Shown here piece after piece: positions 1 to 7,893 of a stretch of 46,403 nucleotides of DNA (its first letter is position 1; each line of letters begins with the position of its first letter). The translations under genes were made by a program, and so were the position numbers. The notes under the pieces are model-generated. The model saw only the letters and a program-made list of their open reading frames with translations. It had not been told where the DNA came from and searched no databases. Origin of the DNA: Solirubrobacterales bacterium (GTDB taxonomy: Bacteria > Actinomycetota > Thermoleophilia > Solirubrobacterales > Solirubrobacteraceae); NCBI GenBank assembly GCA_019240015.1, contig JAFAZB010000231.1, positions 1 through 46,403 of the forward strand, written 5' to 3'.

Positions 1-1
1 C

Positions 2-745
2 ACGCTCGTGCACGGGTACGTCCTGATCGCGATCCCGGCGTTCCTGACGCGGGCCTGCACGGTGGTTTGCCTCGGCGGCGGCGTGTCGCTGCTGCTGCTC
101 GCGTTCCGCCTGGCGGAGGAGCCACGGAGCTCCCCCCCACGCATCGCAGCGTCGGGCGCGCCGATCGCGGGCGTGCTGCTCGGCGCGCTGCTGCTCGGCG
201 GATGCGGCAGCACGCATCGCTCCCAGTCGGCAGCGGGGTTGCCGGCCGCCCTGGTGGCCGAGTCCCGCCCGATCGGCAGTGGTGCGAGCTTCCATCCGCC
301 AGCCGCCGGTCCGGTGCTCGGTCGCTGCGAGCCCAGGCTTGGAAGCCGGGTCGGTGTTCATGTGGAGCTGTTCGCCGCCGACCGCGTAGTGATCATCCCC
401 GGCGGGATCGGTACCCGGGCGCCACTCAGCTTCTCGGCCGGCCGGATCGCCGGCGCCCGCTGCTTTGGCGAGCTCGTGACCCTCGAGCCGACCGGGGTCG
501 TGCTCGTCCGGCGCGGTGCGGGCGTGGCGCTCTCAAACCTGTTCCGCTCTTGGGGGCAACCGCTGTCGGCGCGACGAGTGGCCGGGTTTGCGGTGGGCGG
601 TGGAAGGGTCGCGGCGTTCGTCGATGGGCGGCGCTGGCGCGGCAACCCGGGCGACGTCCCGCTGGCCGCCCACTCGGAGATCGTGCTCGAGGTCGGGCCA
701 TACGTGCCTCCGCACGCGGCCTACGCATTCCCACCCGGCGCGTAG
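2..745 (+). CDS. Membrane-anchored hypothetical protein, 5' end probably outside the window
   Basis: Frame is open from base 2. Hydrophobic segments are followed by a domain with VHVELF..IPGGIG..C..F..WGQPL..V..FVDG..GNP..VPL.AH.EI.LEVG. Upstream of the ycnI locus. Confidence 0.75.
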   Translation, partial: TLVHGYVLIAIPAFLTRACTVVCLGGGVSLLLLAFRLAEEPRSSPPRIAASGAPIAGVLLGALLLGGCGSTHRSQSAAGLPAALVAESRPIGSGASFHPPAAGPVLGRCEPRLGSRVGVHVELFAADRVVIIPGGIGTRAPLSFSAGRIAGARCFGELVTLEPTGVVLVRRGAGVALSNLFRSWGQPLSARRVAGFAVGGGRVAAFVDGRRWRGNPGDVPLAAHSEIVLEVGPYVPPHAAYAFPPGA

Positions 746-811
746 AGGCACGCGGACGATGGCCGACGGCGCGTAGACGCGCGGAGGGGGCCCGGGTATC
801 TTCCCGTCACT

Positions 812-1423
812 GTGTTGGCGCTCCTGAAGCGCGGCGTCCCGGCTCGGCGCTCGGCCTCCCTGGCGCCGATGCCGGCGGCGGCCTTCGCCGTCCATCAGCT
901 GCGCTACTGGCTGGCCTTTCCCGGCCATGCGGGGATCGAGCTCGCAAAGCAGGGACACTCCTACCTGCACTCGCTGGTGCCCTGGGTGGCACTGCTGCTC
1001 GCGACCGCGATTGGCGTGTACCTCCGCGCCCTGGGTCGTGCCTGGGGCGGGAAGTGCACCCTGTCTCGCTACACGGCTTCGTTCGCAACGCTGTGGCTGG
1101 CTTGCGCGGCGAGCTTGGTCGCGATCTATGTCTCTCAAGAGCTGCTCGAGGGGTTACTCGCGACAGGGCACCCGGGCGGCCTGGCGGGGGTGTTCGGGTA
1201 CGGCGGATGGTGGTCGATCCCCGCCTCGCTGGCCGTGGGATTGGTACTCGCGGCTGCCTTTCACGGCGCTCACTGGGTGCTGCACGAGCTCGCCGAGCGG
1301 CGCGCCCCTCGAGTTCGGCCTGCTTGTCCGCCGGCCATCGCCCAGCTGCCGCCACGCGCGGTGGCGCTGCGTCTGCTGGCGCCGCTTGCTGACGGCTGGT
1401 CGGGCCGCGCTCCTCCCCGCTGA
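812..1423 (+). CDS. His-rich ~4-TM membrane protein ending in a RAPP motif (candidate arrest/leader peptide)
   Basis: Four hydrophobic stretches; His motifs VHQLRY, GHSYLH, GHPGG, FHGAHW; C-terminus GWSGRAPPR*. Start uncertain (812 GTG or 869 ATG). Confidence 0.8.
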   Translation: MLALLKRGVPARRSASLAPMPAAAFAVHQLRYWLAFPGHAGIELAKQGHSYLHSLVPWVALLLATAIGVYLRALGRAWGGKCTLSRYTASFATLWLACAASLVAIYVSQELLEGLLATGHPGGLAGVFGYGGWWSIPASLAVGLVLAAAFHGAHWVLHELAERRAPRVRPACPPAIAQLPPRAVALRLLAPLADGWSGRAPPR

Positions 1424-1503
1424 TCCTCCTGCCGCTGGACACATCGTGCGCAACGCGCGGGCGCGTCCGGGCGGCCAATGTCGATCAATTCGAACTAGGA
1501 GGA
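1424..1503 (+). promoter_or_regulatory. Putative SD-sequestering mRNA structure upstream of ycnI
   Basis: TCCTCCT (1424-1430) is the exact complement of the SD AGGAGGA (1497-1503). Inner stems: GCCGC 1431-1435/GCGGC 1471-1475 and GGAC/GTCC. Confidence 0.65.
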
Positions 1504-1509
1504 CAAGCC

Positions 1510-2115
1510 GTGAGTGTCAAAACCTTGATTCGGCGGGCCGTGCCCGCTGCAGTGACGATCGCCAGCGCCGGCATGATCCTGCCCGCCGTCGCCTCGGCCC
1601 ATGCCCGGATCAGTCCACCCGTGTCCGTGTCGGGCAAGCTGCAGCTGTACAGCCTGGCGGTGCCGACCGAGAAGAGCGGGCTGACCACGAGCAAGATCGT
1701 CATGACCGTGCCCGCCGGGTTTGGAATCGACTCGTTCGTGCCCCCGCCCCCCGGCTGGCGCATGCAGGTGCAGCAGACGGGCTCTGGCGACAGCGCGGTG
1801 ATCACGACCGCCACCTGGACCGGCGGCAGCACCCCGACCGGCGAGGATTCCCTGTTCCAGTTCCTCGCTCAGCCGGCCTCCGCCAAGACCTACACTTTCC
1901 AGGTGCAGCAGACCTACTCTGACGGGTCGATCGTCAACTGGGCCGGGTCGGAATCGTCGCAGGCCCCGGCGCCGACGATCGACGTCAAGAGCTCGCTCGG
2001 TGGCGGCGGCGTGTCGGTGGTTACGATCATCGCGCTGATCCTCGGGCTGCTAGGCCTGCTGGCGGGCGGATTCGCGCTCGTCGGCGGCGGCTCCCGGCAG
2101 CGCGCGCTCGCGTGA
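1510..2115 (+). CDS. ycnI: YcnI-family (DUF1775) copper-binding membrane-anchored protein
   Basis: Signal peptide ASA|H leaves an N-terminal His. Motifs VPTE, PGW, Q.YSDGSIVNW and PAP, then a C-terminal TM anchor. Strong SD. Confidence 0.85.
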   Translation: MSVKTLIRRAVPAAVTIASAGMILPAVASAHARISPPVSVSGKLQLYSLAVPTEKSGLTTSKIVMTVPAGFGIDSFVPPPPGWRMQVQQTGSGDSAVITTATWTGGSTPTGEDSLFQFLAQPASAKTYTFQVQQTYSDGSIVNWAGSESSQAPAPTIDVKSSLGGGGVSVVTIIALILGLLGLLAGGFALVGGGSRQRALA

Positions 2116-2280
2116 GCAGGCTGGACGGACGCTGAGCGGTTCGTCGATGCCCCCGAGCGAACTGCATCGTGAAGGGGCCGACGCGCCAACGCGGATCGCC
2201 GCGCGGAGCTTTCGCGACGCGCGGCGCCGCTCCGCCACGCAAACCCGCGATGATGAGTCGACCAAACGACAGGAGGGACC

Positions 2281-2487
2281 GTGAAGCTCAGCGCGCGCAA
2301 TCAGCTATCAGGCAAGGTGACCAGCGTCCGCAAGGGCGAGGCCATCGCCAACGTCGTGCTCGATGTCGCGGGGCAGCGCCTTGTCGCGTCGATCACGGTC
2401 GAGGCGGTGGACGAGCTCGGGCTGAGCGAAGGATCCGAGGTCACTGCCGTGATCAAGGCCTCGGATGTGATCCTCGCCACCGAATAG
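2281..2487 (+). CDS. mop: Molybdate-binding TOBE/Mop (molbindin) protein
   Basis: MKLSARNQL.GKV...ASIT.EAVDELGL..G.EV.AVIKASDV signature; SD AGGAGG. Confidence 0.93.
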   Translation: MKLSARNQLSGKVTSVRKGEAIANVVLDVAGQRLVASITVEAVDELGLSEGSEVTAVIKASDVILATE

Positions 2488-2488
2488 C

Positions 2489-2959
2489 GTGAGCGCCGTC
2501 TGGCTGGCCTCGCCCGAGCAGGCGAAGGCTGTCGCAGGGCTGCTGGTCGAGTTTCGCGACCATCTCGGCCACTTGCGGCCCTCCGAGCAGTCGTGCATGG
2601 AATCGGTCGACCGCCTGATCGGGCGAGCGGACACGGAGTTCCTGCTCGCCGCGGTCGGCGACGGAGGCGCGCCGGCTGGGGTCTGCCAGCTGCGCTATCG
2701 CCACAGCGTCTGGACTGCTGCGGAAGACTGCTGGCTCGAGGACCTGTTCGTGAGCGAGCGGTCTCGGCGGCGCGGGCTCGCCAGAGCGCTCGTCCGCCAC
2801 GCCCTGGGGCGAGCGCGCGAACGCGGAGCGCTACGGGTGGAGCTGGATACGCACGAAGACAACCACGAGGCGCTCGGGCTCTACGAGAGCCTCGGATTCT
2901 CCGCCTACTGCAAGGGTCCCAGCCGCAGCCTGTTCCTGGGCGTTCGGCTGGACCGCTGA
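2489..2959 (+). CDS. GNAT N-acetyltransferase
   Basis: LEDLFV..RRRGLARAL acetyl-CoA motif; N..AL.LYESLGF. Confidence 0.9.
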   Translation: MSAVWLASPEQAKAVAGLLVEFRDHLGHLRPSEQSCMESVDRLIGRADTEFLLAAVGDGGAPAGVCQLRYRHSVWTAAEDCWLEDLFVSERSRRRGLARALVRHALGRARERGALRVELDTHEDNHEALGLYESLGFSAYCKGPSRSLFLGVRLDR

Positions 2960-2966
2960 GGACGGG

Positions 2967-3359
2967 ATGCCGGTCCGGCGCGTAGTCATCGACCACCTGA
3001 CGATCGGCGTCAGCGACCTGGAGCGCAGCAGCGAGTTCTACCGCCGCGCGCTCGAGCCGCTCGGCTTCGAGCGGAGCGGCGCGTGGCGGCAGGGCGTGCG
3101 GGAGGTCACGTTCGGGCTACGAGAGGCCGACGACTTCGCCCTCTCGCTGGAGTACCCGGTGGGCGCTCCGGTGCACGTCGCGTTCGCGGCCGACCGACGC
3201 GACCAGGTGGACGCGTTCTACGCGGCCGCTCTGGCGGCCGGGGGCCGCGACAACGGCGCTCCCGGCCCTCGACCGGAATATTCCCTCGGCTACTACGGCG
3301 CCTTCGTCCTCGACCCCGACGGCAACAACGTCGAAGCGGTCCACCACGGGGAGACGTAG
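2967..3359 (+). CDS. VOC/glyoxalase-family protein
   Basis: IDHLTIGVSDL, HVAFAA, GG.DNGAPG.RPEY, YYGAFVLDPDGNNVEAV. Confidence 0.93.
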   Translation: MPVRRVVIDHLTIGVSDLERSSEFYRRALEPLGFERSGAWRQGVREVTFGLREADDFALSLEYPVGAPVHVAFAADRRDQVDAFYAAALAAGGRDNGAPGPRPEYSLGYYGAFVLDPDGNNVEAVHHGET

Positions 3360-3443
3360 GCGGCGACGGGTCGACGGGGCGTGGTTCCGGCGGTATGCGG
3401 TTGGTTGCCAGGGGCGCGGGCTCGCGCACAAACGAGCCAAACG

Positions 3444-3560
3444 ACCTGCACGAGCACCCAAACTGGCCCCCGCGGAGGCGAAATGGGTGCTCGAGCATTG
3501 TCCACATGCATGAGAACCCATTTCGCCAATCGGCGCCCCGGTATGGGGTTTCGTGCAGGT
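3444..3560. repeat. REPIN/MITE-like palindromic element, copy 1
   Basis: Terminal IR ACCTGCACGA...TCGTGCAGGT. Four alternating units of TGCACGAG(C/A)ACCCA. Homologous to 24958-25073 in reverse orientation. Confidence 0.8.
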
Positions 3561-3639
3561 GCTAAGGCTCCCGGGGGAGAGCGCGGCTGGCTGCGCGGAG
3601 CGGGGGGCGCTCCGGCCGCGAAGCGGGGCGCGGCCGCGG

Positions 3640-3720
3640 GTGGGGCGGCCCCCGGCCCCCCGGCCCCCGGACCCCGGCCCACGCCCGCCCACCCCGCCCC
3701 CCACCCGCGCCCGCCGACCA
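3640..3720. repeat. Low-complexity C-rich tract ((CCCCGG)n / GCCCAC-like)
   Basis: Tandem ccccgg and cccac units in the intergenic region. Confidence 0.6.
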
Positions 3721-3724
3721 ATCC

Positions 3725-3760
3725 AATTGTCTTGACAATTTTGGTTGTCGGTGGCACGAT
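3725..3760 (+). promoter_or_regulatory. Housekeeping-sigma promoter with overlapping inverted-repeat operator
   Basis: TTGACA (3732-3737)-17 nt-CACGAT (3755-3760). IRs AATTGTC-tt-GACAATT (3725-3740) and GACAA-N6-TTGTC (3734-3749). Confidence 0.65.
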
Positions 3761-3768
3761 GTCGCGCC

Positions 3769-4440
3769 GTGACCCCACTAGCCCCAGATCCCGCCCCCGA
3801 GCTGGCTGTGATCGACGATCGTGCGGCCGCCGAGGTCTCGCTGGATCCCGTCCGCGGCCGGCTGCTCGCCGCGCTCGTGGAGCCCGCTTCCGCGAGCGCC
3901 CTGTCGGGCAAGCTCGGAATGGCCAGGCAGAAGATCAACTATCACCTACGCGAGCTCGAGCGCCATGGCCTCGTGGAGCTCGTCGAGGAGCGACGCAGGG
4001 GAAACATGACCGAGCGCGTGATGCGTGCGGCGGCGGCGTCCTACGTGATCTCGCCGGCGGCGCTGGGCTCGGTGGCGCCGGATCCCGACCGCTCTCCTGA
4101 CCAGCGATCGGCGCTGTGGCTGCTGGCACTCGCCGCGCGCTTGATCAAGGAGGTCGGCGAGCTGGTCGCGCGCGCGCGGCGCGCGCGGCGACCCCTGGCG
4201 ACGTTCGGCATCGACACCGAGATCCGCTTTGCATCGGCGGCCGAGCGGGCGGAGTTCGTGGTCTCGCTATCAGCGGCGGTCGAGCGGCTCGCTTCCAAGT
4301 ACCACGCCGCGTCTGCGCCGGGAGGGCGCAAGCACCGCTTGGTGGTTGCGCTTCACCCCAGCATCACTCGCCCTGAGCACGTCCCCAGTCCCACACCGGA
4401 ACTGGGCCAGGGAGCGAATCCAATCCCAAAGGAGTCATGA
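3769..4440 (+). CDS. ArsR-like winged-helix transcriptional regulator
   Basis: LDPVR.RLL..L.EPASA..L...LG.ARQKINYHLRELE.HGLV. GTG at 3769 chosen from promoter position; overlaps the next gene (ATGA). Confidence 0.88.
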   Translation: MTPLAPDPAPELAVIDDRAAAEVSLDPVRGRLLAALVEPASASALSGKLGMARQKINYHLRELERHGLVELVEERRRGNMTERVMRAAAASYVISPAALGSVAPDPDRSPDQRSALWLLALAARLIKEVGELVARARRARRPLATFGIDTEIRFASAAERAEFVVSLSAAVERLASKYHAASAPGGRKHRLVVALHPSITRPEHVPSPTPELGQGANPIPKES

Positions 4441-5141
4441 CCGTGCCCGAGTTCGAATGCAGCCGCGACATCGTTCTACCCGCCAGCCCCGAGCAGGTGT
4501 GGGACGCCGTGGCCACGACCGAAGGAAACGCGGCGTGGTTGTTTCCCAACGAGGTCGATCCCGCTGGCGCGACCGCGTGGGACCCCCCGCACCACTTCGC
4601 CGTCCGGATGGAGCAGGGCGACTGGTTCAACGCCCTGGAGTTCGTGATCGACGGGCGCGAGGACGGCACGACCGAGCTGCGCTACGTGCACAGCGGGATC
4701 TTCGTCGAAGACTGGGAGAACCAGTACGACGCAGTCCAACAGCACACCGACTTCTACCTCCACACCTTAAGCCAGTACCTGGAGCACTTCCAGGGGCGCA
4801 AGGCGACCTATATCGGATCGGTGCCAGCAGGCATCGAGGGTCCGGCGAGCTCCGCCACGCCCGACGGCTTCCGGCGCCTGGAGCAGAGGCTCGGGCTCGG
4901 CGATGGAGCCGGCGAGGGTGAGCGGGTGCGGCTGGACGGAGCCGAGCCGCTCGAGGGCGTGGTCGACTACCGGCGAGGGAACTTCGTCGGGATTCGCACC
5001 GCCGACGCGCTGTACTGCTTCTTCGGTCGTAACGCCTTTGGCCGCCCGGTCGGGATGAGCATCCACTCCTTCGCCGACGACGTCGAGCGCGAGCAGGTGC
5101 AGCAGCGCTGGCAGGACTGGCTCGACGCAGCCCTCGCGTAG
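4437..5141 (+). CDS. SRPBCC/AHSA1-domain protein
   Basis: LPASPEQVWDAVAT..G..AW and T.LRYVHSG; typical partner of this regulator type. Confidence 0.85.
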   Translation: MTVPEFECSRDIVLPASPEQVWDAVATTEGNAAWLFPNEVDPAGATAWDPPHHFAVRMEQGDWFNALEFVIDGREDGTTELRYVHSGIFVEDWENQYDAVQQHTDFYLHTLSQYLEHFQGRKATYIGSVPAGIEGPASSATPDGFRRLEQRLGLGDGAGEGERVRLDGAEPLEGVVDYRRGNFVGIRTADALYCFFGRNAFGRPVGMSIHSFADDVEREQVQQRWQDWLDAALA

Positions 5142-5188
5142 GACCCGCCGGTTACACGCCGGCACCTCCCCCGTACGACAATTTCCCC

Positions 5189-6652
5189 ATGAGGCCGCTC
5201 GTGACTGCGCTCGTCGTGGCAGCGCTGCTGGTTGTGGCGCGCCCTCATGACGCCGACAAGCGGGTCGCAACGCTGGCGGGTGCACAACGCAAGGCGCTCG
5301 CGACGCTGACCGGCGTCTACTACGACGGTGTCGGCGGGTGGCGGGCGTGCGACGCTCCCGGGTGTCCAGTCGGAGACAGCGACTGGGGAGATGACTCGCT
5401 CACGTATACGCTGTTCCTGGCGGCGATCGACGCCCACGACCAGCGCGCGGCACAGAGCTTGAGCGCGCTCGCGGCGAATGCACCGCAATACCCGGCGTCG
5501 TGCGATCAACCCGCCACATGCATGTGGAGCGACACCGCGGAATGGGACGCGGTGGCGCTCGCCGACGAATACCAGGCCACCGGGGACCCGAACGCGCTGG
5601 CCAAGGCGCAGGCGGCCTTCTCGTATGTCAACCGCTCCACGGTGTTCGCCGGCGGAGCCTGTCCTTCGATTCCCTACCAGAAGCCGGCGGGCGGCCTGAA
5701 CCATCTGAAGACGCTCGAAACCGAAGCGAACGCGATCAAGGCCGCGATCCTGCTCTACCGGGATACCAATGACCCTGCTTACCTGAGCTCCGCGCTCGCC
5801 GGCTACCAGGCGGCGCGCTCGTACTTCCTCGACTCCGTCGTCCCCCTGTACACCGTCTACGTGTTCGACCGCGGCCAGGGGTGCAGACAGCTGCGCCACC
5901 GCTTCTTCGCTTCCGTCAACGGCGACATGATCTGGTCCGGGGTCGCACTCGCGCAGATCACCGGCCAGCCGACCTACCTGGCGCAGGCGGTGGCGACCGC
6001 AGAAGCAGTTCAGCGCGACCTCTCGGACGCCCGCGGCGTGTACGCCGACCTGCAGGCCGAGAACGACATCGTCGAGCCGCTGGTCGAGGGGATGGATGCG
6101 CTGGCGCGCCGCGACCAGCAGGTGGGGCTCCAGTGGTTACTCACCAACGCCGCCGCCGCCGTCTCGGCACGGACGCACGACGGGTCGTTCGGTCGCTTCT
6201 TCGACGGTCCCCCGCCGCCGAGCACCGTGACGGCCTGGCAGACGAACGGCGGGCTCTCGCTGGAGATTGCCGCCGCGTCGCTGGCCCCTGAGACCGCGGT
6301 GCAGTCGCCAATGCCGTGGGTCGGCGCTCGCCGCGTCCCGCACCAGCTGCGCGAGCTGCCGGGCGCGATCCGCTTCGCCGGCGCCGGGATCGCCGTGTTC
6401 GGGACGCTCGGCGAGCGCTGCTGCGAGAGCGGTCACGCCACAGTGCTCGTCGACGGCCGCCAGACCTTCGACTGGTCGGGCATCTGGCAGAACAAGACGA
6501 GCCTGCACCAGAGCATCGCGAACACGATCCTGTTCGCGTGGCGCTGGCCCCACGCTGGCCGGCACACGCTGATGTTCCTGCCCGGCAGCACCGACGCGAA
6601 GGAAGGCAGCTCGTTCCTGCACCTCACGGGATACCAAGTGCTACGTCCCTGA
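5189..6652 (+). CDS. Secreted (alpha/alpha)6 glycoside hydrolase, GH76-like, with C-terminal beta domain
   Basis: Signal peptide; helical repeats Y.ATGD..AL.KA, LYRDTND..YL, L.QITG..TYL..A; C-terminal G.A.V.VDG beta-sandwich-like segment. Confidence 0.65.
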   Translation: MRPLVTALVVAALLVVARPHDADKRVATLAGAQRKALATLTGVYYDGVGGWRACDAPGCPVGDSDWGDDSLTYTLFLAAIDAHDQRAAQSLSALAANAPQYPASCDQPATCMWSDTAEWDAVALADEYQATGDPNALAKAQAAFSYVNRSTVFAGGACPSIPYQKPAGGLNHLKTLETEANAIKAAILLYRDTNDPAYLSSALAGYQAARSYFLDSVVPLYTVYVFDRGQGCRQLRHRFFASVNGDMIWSGVALAQITGQPTYLAQAVATAEAVQRDLSDARGVYADLQAENDIVEPLVEGMDALARRDQQVGLQWLLTNAAAAVSARTHDGSFGRFFDGPPPPSTVTAWQTNGGLSLEIAAASLAPETAVQSPMPWVGARRVPHQLRELPGAIRFAGAGIAVFGTLGERCCESGHATVLVDGRQTFDWSGIWQNKTSLHQSIANTILFAWRWPHAGRHTLMFLPGSTDAKEGSSFLHLTGYQVLRP

Positions 6653-6699
6653 TGTAGGGTCGGCAAATCAGAAGGCTTGCACGCAACCGTCGGCTGATC

Positions 6700-7866
6700 G
6701 TGGCGTGCGTGTGCGCGGTCGGCTTGGGCGTTGCTGCCGGCTCGCCCGCCACCGCGGGTGGCTCGCACGGCTTGCGGCTGGTCCGCGTGGGCCACTTTGC
6801 GTTTCCGCTCTATGTCGCCAGCACCCCGGCGGATCCGCACGCGATCTACGTGGTCGAGCGCGGCGGGCGGATCTGGATCGTTCGCGGCGGGCATCGAGTC
6901 CCGCGTCCCTTCCTTGACCTCCGCAACTTCATCAGCATCGCCCCCAACAGCGAGCAGGGGCTGCTCGGGCTGGCCTTCTCCCCTGACTATGCCGTCTCGG
7001 GGCTGTACTACGTGTACTACTCCAATCGAGGCGGCGACATTCGCATCCGCCAGTTCCGCCGCTCACCGCACGACCCCAACCGGACGATGGCCGGCAGCGG
7101 CCGGACGATCCTGGCGCTCCGCCACCCCGCAATCAATCACTACGGCGGCCAGCTCCAGTTCGGCCCCGATGGCGATCTGTACATCGGGCTCGGCGACGGG
7201 GACCCCGGCGGCGACCCGTTCAACAATGCCCAGCGGCTGGACAACCTGTTCGGCAAGATCCTGCGGATCGCTCCTCAGCCGCCGGGGCGGCGACAGGCCT
7301 ACCTGATCCCGCGAGGTAATCCGTTCGTGCACCGAGCCAACGCGCGTCCGGAGATCTTCGCCTACGGGCTGCGCAATCCTTACCGGTTCTCGTTCGACTC
7401 GGCCACCGGCTCGGCGTGGATCGCTGACGTCGGCGAGAACCGCTTCGAGGAGGTCAACTACCGCCGACGGGGTCAGCTGGCCGGGGTGAATTTCGGCTGG
7501 AGCCGGTACGAGGGCTACTCGCAGTTCTCGAACCGGGCGGCACCCGGCGCGGTGTTCCCGCTGTTCGTCGAAGCGCACGGCCCTCCCCAGGGCGCCGGCC
7601 GTGCCGGCGAGGTGTGGTGCGCACTGATCGGCGGATACGTGGTCCGCGATCGGACGCTCGGAAGCTTCGATGGACGCTACGTGTTCGCCGATCACTGCAC
7701 CGGCCGGATCTTCTCGACGCGGCTCTCCCCGGGCGGAAGCGCGGTCGGGATGGGCTGGACGGGCCTGACGGTGCCCGGCTTGGTCACGTCGTTCGGCACC
7801 GACGCACAACAGCGCGTCTACGTGGCCTCGGAGGACGGCTCGGTGTACCGCCTGTCGTCGGGCTGA
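6700..7866 (+). CDS. PQQ-dependent glucose/sorbosone dehydrogenase-family beta-propeller
   Basis: EQGLLGLAFSPDY, NHYGGQLQFGPDG.LYIG.GDG, GKILRI, EIFAYGLRNPYRFSFD, DVGE, NFGW. Confidence 0.92.
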   Translation: MACVCAVGLGVAAGSPATAGGSHGLRLVRVGHFAFPLYVASTPADPHAIYVVERGGRIWIVRGGHRVPRPFLDLRNFISIAPNSEQGLLGLAFSPDYAVSGLYYVYYSNRGGDIRIRQFRRSPHDPNRTMAGSGRTILALRHPAINHYGGQLQFGPDGDLYIGLGDGDPGGDPFNNAQRLDNLFGKILRIAPQPPGRRQAYLIPRGNPFVHRANARPEIFAYGLRNPYRFSFDSATGSAWIADVGENRFEEVNYRRRGQLAGVNFGWSRYEGYSQFSNRAAPGAVFPLFVEAHGPPQGAGRAGEVWCALIGGYVVRDRTLGSFDGRYVFADHCTGRIFSTRLSPGGSAVGMGWTGLTVPGLVTSFGTDAQQRVYVASEDGSVYRLSSG

Positions 7867-7893
7867 GCGAGCGGGCGGGGGAGTCGAGTTGCG

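Noticed and set aside
2116-2280. Moco riboswitch upstream of mop
   Set aside because: GC-rich stems are possible, but I cannot recognise the conserved Moco motif features; an Rfam scan would be needed.
3444-3560. CRISPR array or integron attC site
   Set aside because: Units alternate in orientation, spacers are short and uneven, there are no cas or integrase genes, and no RYYYAAC/GTTRRRY ends.
3083-3565. Track ORFs sharing LHEHPN/LHENPN...RNGCSSI peptides (also 24815-25144)
   Set aside because: The similarity is just the translated DNA repeat; the rest of each ORF is shadow-frame sequence.
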